Of a stretch of DNA of 64,000 nucleotides, positions 19,715-28,570 are shown in pieces (the stretch's first letter is position 1; every line of letters begins with the position of its first letter). A program made the position numbers and the translations under genes. The notes under the pieces were generated by a model. The model was not told where the DNA came from. It did no database searches and was given only the letters and a program-made list of their open reading frames with translations. Location of the stretch: positions 896,001 to 960,000 of the forward strand of contig CBDEFO010000008.1 in NCBI GenBank assembly GCA_965237525.1. Reading direction: 5' to 3'. The stretch comes from Candidatus Latescibacterota bacterium. GTDB taxonomy: Bacteria; Latescibacterota; CBDEFO01.

Positions 19715-20680
19715 CTACAGCCCAAACTCCCTAAGATCGTTGATACGATGCTCCCACACCCAGTCGATTCCTTCTGCGGCCTCATAACCGAGATAGCCGC
19801 TATCAAAATATCCGCACAGGAACAAGATGAAGCGCACGTTCTGACCATAGGTCCGCTGCAACTGGATCATCTTGGTAGCTTCTTCCTTGCGGCGCTTGTT
19901 GACGTTGGTGAAGTCGCCCGCTGACTTCGCTTCGATGAGCAACGGCGACTCACCAGCCCTCGCGGCCTTCGGCATTACTACGGCATCCACAGGGATATTG
20001 ATTGACTTGCCAGTGCTTTCCTGCTCGACCGGAACGTTCAGCCGAAACGAGAACGTCCCCGGTTGCATCTCGTCATATTTCGTGCCTGCCCCTGCTGGCA
20101 GATTATGATAACCCAGGGCTGTTAGCCACTCGCCGATCGCGGCAAGCTGACGCCTTTCCTGCGCATTGTGGATGATCGGGTTTGCGACCGCCCCACAGAG
20201 ACGGTCGGCCACGATCGTCGCAGCCCGGTACAGCTCCTGTTCGGACGGGCTGTCGCCGCGCTCTAACCAAACAAAGATATCCGGGTCCGCCATTTTCTCG
20301 ATGGTCTTCCCGATCTTCTCAAGGTCGCTGTCGAGGTCTCGCCGCTTCATCCGTAGCGGCAGTTTGCCTTTCTTCTCCATCACCTTGACAAGGTTCTTCG
20401 AAACGCCGGTAAACCCGATCAGCCTGTCTACGGCAAGCGGCGGGCAGGCTGACATCCGCAGCGTCGGCAGGACATCGGGGTTCGCCTTCAGCAGCTGCAC
20501 TCCTATATCCCTCAGGTTATTCGTCGCTTTCAGCGTCGCCTCGACATCCTTTGTCGTCTGCACCCGCGTCATCCGGTAAGCCTTCGGTGCAAACCGCATG
20601 AACCAGTCGTTGTACATGTCCACAGACTGGGCAATGTCTTCTTTCCAACGATCAGGTTTATTTCTGTTGACTGCCATCAT
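19715..20680 (-). CDS. Type II restriction endonuclease, XamI-like family
   Basis: WKEDIAQSVDMYNDWFMRFAP N-terminus, PVD...IEAK PD-(D/E)xK motif, SAGDFTNVNKRRKEEA; abuts the MTase. Confidence 0.8.
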   Translation of the reverse strand: MMAVNRNKPDRWKEDIAQSVDMYNDWFMRFAPKAYRMTRVQTTKDVEATLKATNNLRDIGVQLLKANPDVLPTLRMSACPPLAVDRLIGFTGVSKNLVKVMEKKGKLPLRMKRRDLDSDLEKIGKTIEKMADPDIFVWLERGDSPSEQELYRAATIVADRLCGAVANPIIHNAQERRQLAAIGEWLTALGYHNLPAGAGTKYDEMQPGTFSFRLNVPVEQESTGKSINIPVDAVVMPKAARAGESPLLIEAKSAGDFTNVNKRRKEEATKMIQLQRTYGQNVRFILFLCGYFDSGYLGYEAAEGIDWVWEHRINDLREFGL

Positions 20681-20852
20681 TCACTTTTTTTCCTATCCTC
20701 CCATGCCACCAAGACAACAACCCCACAAAAGCAGGCCCGACCACAAGGGGGGGCTAACGCCCTTGAGAAAAGGCCTTAGCGGCTGGGGCCAAAGTCTCGC
20801 TCCGGCCCACGCTGCCGTTCCCGCGCCTGCTGCTGTTTCTTCCAGATCGCGT

Positions 20853-21101
20853 TCAAACCCCGCGCAATACTTCGGCGATCTCCTTGTAGTTCGCTGCCAA
20901 GATCTCGACTTGCTGCTTCAAATCCTTGGCCGACGCTTCGGTCCGCCCGAGCTGCGGCTTCAAGTCCTTGACCGATTCTTCGAGCCGCTGCACCTGCTCC
21001 TGCAATTCGCCGACCCACTCGGCCTGCTGCTCCATCTCCGCTTCGTACTGCTTCGACAGCGCGGTTAAGGCGTTCGTCAACTGCTGTTCTAACTCGGTCA
21101 T
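20853..21101 (-). CDS. mbeD: MbeD/MobD-like protein nested in the relaxase ORF
   Basis: MTELEQQLTNALTAL N-terminus typical of MbeD; AAGGAG RBS. Confidence 0.8.
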   Translation of the reverse strand: MTELEQQLTNALTALSKQYEAEMEQQAEWVGELQEQVQRLEESVKDLKPQLGRTEASAKDLKQQVEILAANYKEIAEVLRGV

Positions 21102-21110
21102 AAAGCTCCT

Positions 21111-21611
21111 TCACTCGCTCGATATCCTGACGGTAGGCCGTCCGTCCATGGTCAAGAGCGGATTTTCTGGGGTGCTCTCCGGCAGGATCGCGTAGCGCCG
21201 CCCGTTGACCTCGACGAGTTTCACGCCCCACGTGTCTTGCTCGATCCGCTCGATGGTCTGGCGCGTCTCTTGGATCTCGAACTCGAGCGCCGCCCGCGCC
21301 TCGATGAGGCTCTGGATTTGGTTGGCATACCACCGTGTCAGGCCCCAACTCCCGGCCAAGATGCCGAGAAAGAGACACACCCCGACCGCCACGCTCCGCA
21401 GCCACGGTCGCCACAGCGCCGCGTTCATCCACCGGGTGTGATCCTTGATATCTCGCACGATGATATACATCTCGTCGTTCACGCTCTGCCTCAAGTTTTT
21501 TGCGAGCTTCTTCAGCTCGCTCTGAGTCAGTGCTTCGATTTCTTGCCGGTCCCGCTCGGCCCTCTTCTGGAGCCGCGCTTGTAAGCCGCTCCCGCTGGAA
21601 GTCCCGTTCAT
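21111..21611 (-). CDS. mbeB: MbeB/MobB-like protein nested in the relaxase ORF
   Basis: Coiled coil, one TM segment, TWGV motif; position matches the ColE1 mbeA/B/D overlap. Confidence 0.75.
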   Translation of the reverse strand: MNGTSSGSGLQARLQKRAERDRQEIEALTQSELKKLAKNLRQSVNDEMYIIVRDIKDHTRWMNAALWRPWLRSVAVGVCLFLGILAGSWGLTRWYANQIQSLIEARAALEFEIQETRQTIERIEQDTWGVKLVEVNGRRYAILPESTPENPLLTMDGRPTVRISSE

Positions 21612-21860
21612 AGATCGCTCCTTTCAACCGCCACTTGCCGCCGCCCTCGGGGTCCGCCGCCGTGAGGTAGTGCTCCCCCTGGCGCGGCACCTCCAGGCCC
21701 GCCCGCTGCAAGGCGGAAACCATCGTGGCGCGATCCGAGACGGCCCCCGTTTCGATGCCTTGGCTCAAATAGTCGGTAATCAGCCTCCGGGGATCTTTCT
21801 CCGCCTCCAACCCCGCCCGAAGCTGGGCGGCCTCGATGTACGCCCGATGGCCGGGTTGCA

Positions 21861-22530
21861 CGTCCCGCACCCGAACAAAAAGTACGTGAAGTCCATCACT
21901 TACGCCCGAAAGATTTACTACAAAATCCTTCGTGATGTCAACTCCCGCTGCAATAGAGATATCCACGCCATTTCCGAATCCAGGATCATTGTCTATGTAA
22001 TACTCTACTTTTGTGACGTTTGGAGCAATATCGAGCCTCTTCTTCAAAAATGGACTGGTATAGGATAAGCTCCATCTGCTACTGTCGTCTCTCGCCCGAA
22101 CAAAAAGTACGTGAAGCCCATCTCCTGTGCCTGAAAGATCCACCACAAAATCCTTTGTAATGTCAATTCCTGCTGTAATAGGAATATCCACTCCCGCTCC
22201 AAACCCTGGATCTGTGTCTATGTAATACTCCGCCTTTGTGACGTTCGGAGCAACATCGAGCCTCTTCTTCAAAAATGGACTGGTATAAGTTAAGCTCCAT
22301 TTGCTGCTGTCGTCCCGCGCCCGAACAAAAAGAACGTGAAGACCGCTACTTACGTCTGAAAGACCCACATTGAAGTTCAGATCCAGATCGGGGGCTGGCG
22401 TCGCAATGCTGACTTGCGTTCCGTTTCCAAATCCGGGGTCCGTGTCTATGTAATATTCCACCTGCACAATGTTTTGTGCATAAAGGGCCTGTGAACAGAG
22501 TAAAATGGCGAAAATTACTGCCGTTTTCAT
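21861..22530 (-). pseudogene. 5' part of the interrupted host surface protein (signal peptide plus about 2.7 repeats)
   Basis: MKTAVIFAILLCSQALYA signal peptide, EYYIDTDPGFG repeats, AGGAG RBS. Confidence 0.88.
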
Positions 22531-22601
22531 GCTACGCTCCTGTTATGGGGAAAGTCAGCAGACAGGGGGTGGTGGCGGTACCCCCCTGTCTATTGTCACT
22601 A

Positions 22602-23627
22602 TTATTTATGCGATTTGACCTTCATTTGAACCGGAATGCCGACAGTGTTTGAGCCTCATGCTGGGGCGATGAAAAAGTAAATCGAAGGAATGACAGGAAT
22701 CCCTGAAAGGACATAAGGATCGAGTCCACCAAACATTCCGATATCAACACCACCTAATCCGGCACCGATCGCGGGTGAGCCTGGTGCCAATTGCCATCGG
22801 CTGTCGGTGCTGCCAGTGCCCAGAAAAAAGGTAGTCATATCTACGTCATTTTGATTTCCTTTGGTTGAATCAAAGGATGTAAACTGTGTACTATTCCCGA
22901 TGTTATAAGATGCATTAATATTCGAACCGCTAAAGGCGCCTTCTCTCAATATGTTATTGTTAAAAGTCGTATTATATACTATCACGTCTCCCCGGATAAC
23001 ATTGTGCTCGACTATAAGAAATGAGCTGCTGCTTGCATTTATTGCGTCGGCGCCGATGTCTGCACTGGAGGCTTCTATGTAATTATTATTGATGAAAGCA
23101 GAGGTCACATTAGGATCTATACGGATTGCGATGGCAATACTACCATTAGCAGTAGTTCGTATATAATTCTGTAAAATTAGTATATTGCTAGCGTTGTCGT
23201 CAATAAAGATAGTCGGATAATTGCTCCAGTTTAGATAATTTCTCTCGATAGTAATATTACTTACGCCAATTTCAACTGCTACGTTATCTACATCTAAACC
23301 AGTGATGAGTGAACTATCCGAACCTGCTCGGAATTCAATAGTGCCAGCTATGGCATTACCTAGATTTGCCTGTGTTTCCGGATTGGAGCTCAGCAAGTAA
23401 CCCGGTCCAAAGATGAATAGCGACTTTGTAGCCGCTAAATTACCATAGCTATTTGGCGCTCCCGCAACATAGAGCGTATCACCGGCTGCCGCTCCGGTGT
23501 GCGCTGCTGATAAAGTTGTAAAATCTGCCTCATTAGCAGGATTGTTATCGATCCTCCAAATTTTTGCGGTGGCGGACGTTGCAAGCATAAAGATCGCGAT
23601 GATCGTGCAGAGAAACTTGGAAACCAT
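22602..23627 (-). pseudogene. Secreted beta-helix paralog D with a premature TGA near the C-terminus
   Basis: TGA at 22656-22658 where paralogs have TCA; the frame continues GSNTVGIPVQMKVKSHK to TAA at 22602. Confidence 0.8.
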
Positions 23628-23709
23628 TGTGGAACCTCCTTGTGGAACCTCCTATAGTAGGGTCTATTCCCCTCAGCAGAGAGAGGCAGGAGTTGATGCT
23701 ACTGTCTAC

Positions 23710-23862
23710 GAGATTGCTTCCCCTCGACCCCCGATAGAGTCAATTGGGGGAGCTCGCAATGACAGTTTACGGGACTGGCAATGACGTTTCTTAACTTTGT
23801 CTTGGTCATTGCCAGGGGTGAAACCCCGACCCCGTCAGGAGTTGCGAAGCAGAACCAATCTC
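23710..23862. repeat. REP-like palindromic elements (GAGATTGCTTC...CTCGCAATGAC and inverted partner GTCATTGC...CAATCTC)
   Basis: Related copies at 24953-25035, 26144-26246 and 46581-46750. Confidence 0.75.
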
Positions 23863-23872
23863 GCCTCTTTAC

Positions 23873-24883
23873 TTATCTGTTATGCGCTTTGATTTTCATT
23901 TGAACCGGAATGCCGACAGTGTTTGAGCCTGATCCAGGGGCTTGGAAAAAGTAAATGGCAGGAATGGCAGGTATCCCGGAAAGGACATAAGGATCGAGTC
24001 CGCCGAACATGCCAATATCGACACCGTTTGAGCCTGTGCCGATTGCCGGAGAACCTGTCTCCAACTGCCACCTGCCGTCGGTGCTCGTTGTGTCTATAAA
24101 GACGGTCGCCATATCTACGTTGGATTGATTGGTCGCATCAAACGCTGCAAACTGTGTACCATTTCCCATGTTATTAAGCACAGTGTTGGCCGAACCGGAA
24201 AAGGTGCCCTCTCTCAATATGTTGTTGTCAAAGATTGCATTGCTTACTTTCACATTTCCGCGGATGACATTGTTCTCGATGATAAGACCCATCGAGGTGC
24301 TGCTTGCTTCGATTGCGTCGGTGCCATCTATGAAGTTGTTGGAGATAACAACGGTCAGGACAGAAGGATCTATGTCGATTGCGTCTGCATTAGAACCGGT
24401 GTTGGGATTCTGTATATAGTTCTCTATTATGAATAAACTCGAGGCTCTGTCGTCTATAAAGATGAGATTAGCAGAAGTATTACCAACTATTCTGTTTCTC
24501 TTGATAACAATGTCACTTGCGTCTGAATTAACATTTAGAAAATCTATATCGAGGCCCGTAAGGAGCGACCCGCTCGCACTCGAGCTTAACGAAATAGTAT
24601 TAGTTGAGGCGGCGAAAGGCTTCGCCTGCGTATTTGGGTTCTGATCCAGAAAATATCCGGGGCCGATGATAAAGAGCTTCCTGTTAACCGTTACACTTCC
24701 ATAGTTAAACCTGGAACCCACAACATAGAGCGTATCGCCGCTTGTGGCGCCGTTGTTGGCAGCTTGCAGGGTCCTGAAATCCGCCTCGTTACTCGGATTG
24801 CTATCGACCCGCCAAACCTTTGCAGTGGCGGACGTTGCAAGTATAAAGATCGGAATGATCGTGCAGAGAAACTTGGAAACCAT
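23873..24883 (-). CDS. Secreted parallel beta-helix-like paralog C (start ATG 24883)
   Basis: Signal peptide, WRVD..ADF.TL, GDTLYV, Asn-ladder repeats, DIGMFGG.DPYVLSGIP. Confidence 0.8.
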   Translation of the reverse strand: MVSKFLCTIIPIFILATSATAKVWRVDSNPSNEADFRTLQAANNGATSGDTLYVVGSRFNYGSVTVNRKLFIIGPGYFLDQNPNTQAKPFAASTNTISLSSSASGSLLTGLDIDFLNVNSDASDIVIKRNRIVGNTSANLIFIDDRASSLFIIENYIQNPNTGSNADAIDIDPSVLTVVISNNFIDGTDAIEASSTSMGLIIENNVIRGNVKVSNAIFDNNILREGTFSGSANTVLNNMGNGTQFAAFDATNQSNVDMATVFIDTTSTDGRWQLETGSPAIGTGSNGVDIGMFGGLDPYVLSGIPAIPAIYFFQAPGSGSNTVGIPVQMKIKAHNR

Positions 24884-25043
24884 GGTAGAAGCTCCTTGAG
24901 TAGAGTCTGTTTCCTCAGCAGACTGAGGCAGGAAGTGGTGCCCCTGTACTACGAGATTGCTTCGCTGTGCTCGCAATGACGATTCTAGCTCGGGCATGCA
25001 GTAATTGCCAGGGGCAACACCCCGAAGCAAGCTCGACTGTCTA

Positions 25044-26075
25044 CTAATCTAATTCATGCGCTTTGACTTTCAATCGAACCGGAATGCCGACAGTGTTTGA
25101 GCCTGATGCCGGGGCGCTGAAGAAGTAAATCGAAGGAATGACAGGAATCCCTGAAAGGACATAAGGATCGAGTCCATCAAACATTCCGATATCAACATTA
25201 CCTAAGCCTGTACCGATCGCGGGCGACCCTGGTGCCAATTGCCATCGGCCGTCAGTGCTGCCAGTGCCCAGAAAAACGGTCCCCATATCTACGTCATTTT
25301 GATTTCCTTTGGTCGAATCAAAGGAGCCAAACTGTGTACTATTTCCGATGTTATTAGATGCATTAATGTTTGAACCGCCAAGACCGCTTTCTCTCAATAT
25401 GTTATTGTTAAAAGTCGTGTCATATACTATAACGTCTCCCCGGACAACATTGTGTTCGACTACAAGAAATGAGGTGTTACTTGCCTGTATTGCGTTGGCG
25501 CCGCTAACTACACCGGTAGCTTCTATGTAATTATTATTGATGAAAGAAGAGGTGACATTAGGATCTATGCGGATTGCGATGGCATCACCAAAATTATAAG
25601 TAGTTCGTATATAATTCTGTAAAATGAGTATATTGGAGGCGTTGTCGTGGATAGAGATAACTGGATAACTGCTGTAGTTTAAATAATTTCTCTTGATAGT
25701 AACATTACTTACGCCAAGTTCAACTTCTACATTATCTATATCCATACCTGTGATGAGTGACCCATTCGAACCCAATCGAAATTCAATAAAGGCAGCTATG
25801 GCAGTACGTGTATTTGCCTGTGTTTCCGGATTCGAGCTCAGAAAGTAACCCGGTCCAAAGATGAATAGCGTCTTTGTAGCCGCTAAACTACCATAGCTAC
25901 TTGGAGAACCCGCAACATAGAGCGTGTCACCGGCTGCCGCTCCGGTGTGAGCTGCTGATAAAGTTGTAAAATCCGCCTCATTACCAGCATTGTTATCGAT
26001 CCTCCAAATCTTTGCGGTGGCCGACGTTGCTAATATAAAGATCGTTACGATCGTGCAGAGAAACCTGGAAACCAT
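25044..26075 (-). CDS. Secreted parallel beta-helix-like paralog B (start ATG 26075)
   Basis: Same motifs; closest to paralog D. Confidence 0.8.
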   Translation of the reverse strand: MVSRFLCTIVTIFILATSATAKIWRIDNNAGNEADFTTLSAAHTGAAAGDTLYVAGSPSSYGSLAATKTLFIFGPGYFLSSNPETQANTRTAIAAFIEFRLGSNGSLITGMDIDNVEVELGVSNVTIKRNYLNYSSYPVISIHDNASNILILQNYIRTTYNFGDAIAIRIDPNVTSSFINNNYIEATGVVSGANAIQASNTSFLVVEHNVVRGDVIVYDTTFNNNILRESGLGGSNINASNNIGNSTQFGSFDSTKGNQNDVDMGTVFLGTGSTDGRWQLAPGSPAIGTGLGNVDIGMFDGLDPYVLSGIPVIPSIYFFSAPASGSNTVGIPVRLKVKAHELD

Positions 26076-26261
26076 GGTAGAGCCTCCTTTTGTAGGGTTT
26101 GTCCCCCTCAGCAAAAGAGGAAGATAGCAGTGCGTGTGTCTACAAGATTGCTTCGCTTCGCTCGCAATGACGTTGCTAGTTCCGCATTCAGTTATTCTGA
26201 GGGTGAAACCCCGACCCCGTCAGGAGTTGCGAAGCAGAACCAATCTGGCCTGTCTATTTAT

Positions 26262-27281
26262 CTAATCTTGTGATTTGACCTTCAATTGAATCGAAAGACC
26301 ACTGGTGTTCGATCCCGCTGGGGGAGCTGCGAAAAAGTAAACGGTAGGAATAGTGGGGATACCGGAAAGGACATAAGTGCCTTCCCCGCCGAACATTCCA
26401 ACATCCACACCTTGTGTGCCGGCGCCGATCGCGGGAGAACCTGTTTCCAACTGCCATCGGCCGTCGCTGCTCGTCGTGTCCACAAAGACGGTCGCCATAT
26501 CCACGGTGGATTGATTGCCGTTGGCTGTTCCAAACTGTGTACTATTTCCAATATTATTGAATACAGAGTTACCAGAACCAGAGAAAGAACCATCTCTCAA
26601 TATGTTATTGTGAAAGATCGTATTACTTACTTTCACTTTTCCACGCAATACATTGTTCTTGACGTCAAGCAGTGCACTGCTATGGGCTTCGATTGCATCG
26701 CCGGTAGTAGGAATATCTATAAAATTATTAGCAATCATAACACCCTGCACAGAAGAATCCACGTCGATTGCGTCGGCGCCGGAATTTGTGTTAGTGTTCT
26801 GTATATAATTCTGCACAATGAATGAATTCGAAGCACTGCTGTTTATGATGAAGAGATCTCCGGAAGTACTGGCAACTATTCTATTTCTCTTGATAGTAAT
26901 ACTCTTCACAGACCCACCAATATTTACATGTGTCACATCGAGACCTGTAAGGAGCGACCCGTTCGAACCCGTAGAGAAAATAATATTGTCACCTTTGGCA
27001 GAGACAGGTCTTGCCTGGGTATTCGGGTTTTGATCCAGAAAATATCCCGGTCCGAAGATAAAGAGCTTCTTGGTAAGCGTTACACCACCGTACCTGACTC
27101 CAGAACCCATGACATAGAGCGTATCACCGCTCTGTGCTCCGCTGTGCGCCGCTGATAAGGTTCTAAAATCTGCCTCGTTACTGGTATTTCTATCTACCCG
27201 CCAAATTGTGGCAGTGGCGGACGTTGTAAACGCGCAGATCGCTATGACCAAGATTATCATAAAGAATTTCCTGTCAGCCAT
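26262..27281 (-). CDS. Secreted parallel beta-helix-like paralog A
   Basis: Same motifs; body closest to paralog C; GAGGAGG RBS. Confidence 0.8.
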   Translation of the reverse strand: MADRKFFMIILVIAICAFTTSATATIWRVDRNTSNEADFRTLSAAHSGAQSGDTLYVMGSGVRYGGVTLTKKLFIFGPGYFLDQNPNTQARPVSAKGDNIIFSTGSNGSLLTGLDVTHVNIGGSVKSITIKRNRIVASTSGDLFIINSSASNSFIVQNYIQNTNTNSGADAIDVDSSVQGVMIANNFIDIPTTGDAIEAHSSALLDVKNNVLRGKVKVSNTIFHNNILRDGSFSGSGNSVFNNIGNSTQFGTANGNQSTVDMATVFVDTTSSDGRWQLETGSPAIGAGTQGVDVGMFGGEGTYVLSGIPTIPTVYFFAAPPAGSNTSGLSIQLKVKSQD

Positions 27282-27399
27282 TGTAAGACCTCCTCAGAGT
27301 TTAAGATTACACCTTGCACGTTAGATTCGGATGAATACACGTCAGAATAAATTGTATAGAACTGCTTCAGTGAAGATAAACAAATATTAGCGCTCATCC

Positions 27400-27443
27400 T
27401 GTGATGCGGATCACAAGATAAGGAAAAACAAAACAGATGTCAA
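27400..27443 (-). promoter_or_regulatory. Promoter with overlapping CRP/Rex-like operator (copy 2)
   Basis: Minus strand TTGACA-17 bp-TATCTT; perfect TGTGA-TGCGGA-TCACA at 27400-27415. Confidence 0.7.
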
Positions 27444-27540
27444 CAAAAACTTAATCGGTCAGATTCATTCAGACAAAGAGCCGAAGCCCCTGTAAACTGA
27501 GCTCCGGCTCTTCTGCACTGAGGTGGGGAAGTCTATTTCA

Positions 27541-28494
27541 TCATTCAGAGAAGGTTGACTTGATGCGTCCCCAGCTGTCATTACTAATTACTGGAATTGG
27601 AACCCAGATACTCCTATCAAAACGAGCCAACAAATAGTCAACCATTGCGTCTTCCCTGAAGTAGAACTCTGTGACGCCGCTGTTCGTCCAATAGCCGTCG
27701 TAGCCCGTGGTCCGCGAATCGTCATCGTCTCGAACGGCAAAACCTACGCCGATGACAGCTCCCTCTTTCAGCGTGTGGATTGCGCTAAAATCGACACCTT
27801 CAAAATTCAGGTCGTCGAAAGGCGTAAAGACTTCCTCTACCGCCAGTTCTCCCGGTCCATGTTCCTCGCCGTAAAAGCTCCATCCAATGTCAGAATAAGG
27901 AGGCAAACCTGCCCAGGAGGCCGCTGACCAAAGGAACATCGAATCGTCCCTATGTAGCCTGTAGTGATAATACTGAGAACTAGCTCCGTTAAACCTATTG
28001 GTCCTCTCCGAATCAAAGAGAGATGTATTCACGTCGTAGAACTGTTGGTTTCCGCTGTGGTCAGCATCTATGCTAATCTCAAGTGTCTCATCAGCACCAC
28101 CAATCTGAGCGAGAGAGACATCGTCGTACTTATCCTCAATAAGGTATATCTTGTTGGTCACCGGGCTCCAGCCTATGATTATCCTCACGGCAAGATCGGA
28201 TGCATCCGGATTGTTGAAACCTCTTACGGTTTCTATCAGATCATCCTGTGTCACCCAGTACACGGGAGGAACGTTATCCCACTCGCTAAGATCACCGTCT
28301 ATGACCACATTACGGTACTTAGTGCTATTGACGGGAACTTGCGCAGCAACGAAGAGCTTGTGCAGCCGCCGATGTGCCGAACCCGCAGCGGTGGTAGAGA
28401 GTACAAATGCCAGTGTCATAACTATCGCAAATACTGTCTTCATCACGATATGCTTTTGTTCAGGATGACTAATTGCAGAGAGTTTACAATCCAT
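27541..28494 (-). CDS. Secreted CBM9/DOMON-like sugar-binding protein with C-terminal SWGRIK motif
   Basis: Signal peptide, IDGDLSEW, IDADHSG, IGVGFAVRDDD, SNDSWGRIKSTF. Confidence 0.65.
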   Translation of the reverse strand: MDCKLSAISHPEQKHIVMKTVFAIVMTLAFVLSTTAAGSAHRRLHKLFVAAQVPVNSTKYRNVVIDGDLSEWDNVPPVYWVTQDDLIETVRGFNNPDASDLAVRIIIGWSPVTNKIYLIEDKYDDVSLAQIGGADETLEISIDADHSGNQQFYDVNTSLFDSERTNRFNGASSQYYHYRLHRDDSMFLWSAASWAGLPPYSDIGWSFYGEEHGPGELAVEEVFTPFDDLNFEGVDFSAIHTLKEGAVIGVGFAVRDDDDSRTTGYDGYWTNSGVTEFYFREDAMVDYLLARFDRSIWVPIPVISNDSWGRIKSTFSE

Positions 28495-28570
28495 ACATTA
28501 GTTGAGTTGTGCCATTAGAATTCCAGAGAAAGTCTGCTTTACTTCCTTACCTGTGGCTGTCAGGGAAAGA

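Larger units (their letters stand above)
13314..21873 (-). mobile_element. Integrated mobilisable plasmid (8,547-bp circle) bounded by a 13-bp direct repeat
   Basis: CGTCCCGCGCCCG (13314-13326) and CGTCCCGCACCCG (21861-21873). Contains mob, oriT, rep, iterons, R-M and an OLD-like gene; visibly more GC-rich than the flanks; relaxase halves lie at opposite ends. Confidence 0.92.
20776..21873 (-). pseudogene. mobA: C-terminal part of the plasmid relaxase, fused in frame downstream of the host signal peptide and repeats (ORF 22530-20776)
   Basis: VQPGHRAYIEAAQLRAGL...ITDYL...WRLKGAIY, charged tail ending RERQRGPERDFGPSR; continues the N-part PDDPERARD. Confidence 0.88.
12575..22460 (-). repeat. 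225-bp (75-aa) tandem repeats, about 6 units, split by the plasmid insertion
   Basis: Unit TKAEYYIDTDPGFG.GVD..I.AG.DITKDFVV.LSG..DGLHVLFVRARDDSS.WSLSYTSPFLKKRL.VAPNV; equivalent positions 13089 and 13314 are 225 bp apart. Confidence 0.9.

Noticed and set aside
12575..27281. Diversity-generating retroelement or shufflon acting on the repeats or paralogs
   Set aside because: No reverse transcriptase or invertase is present, and differences between copies are not adenine-specific.
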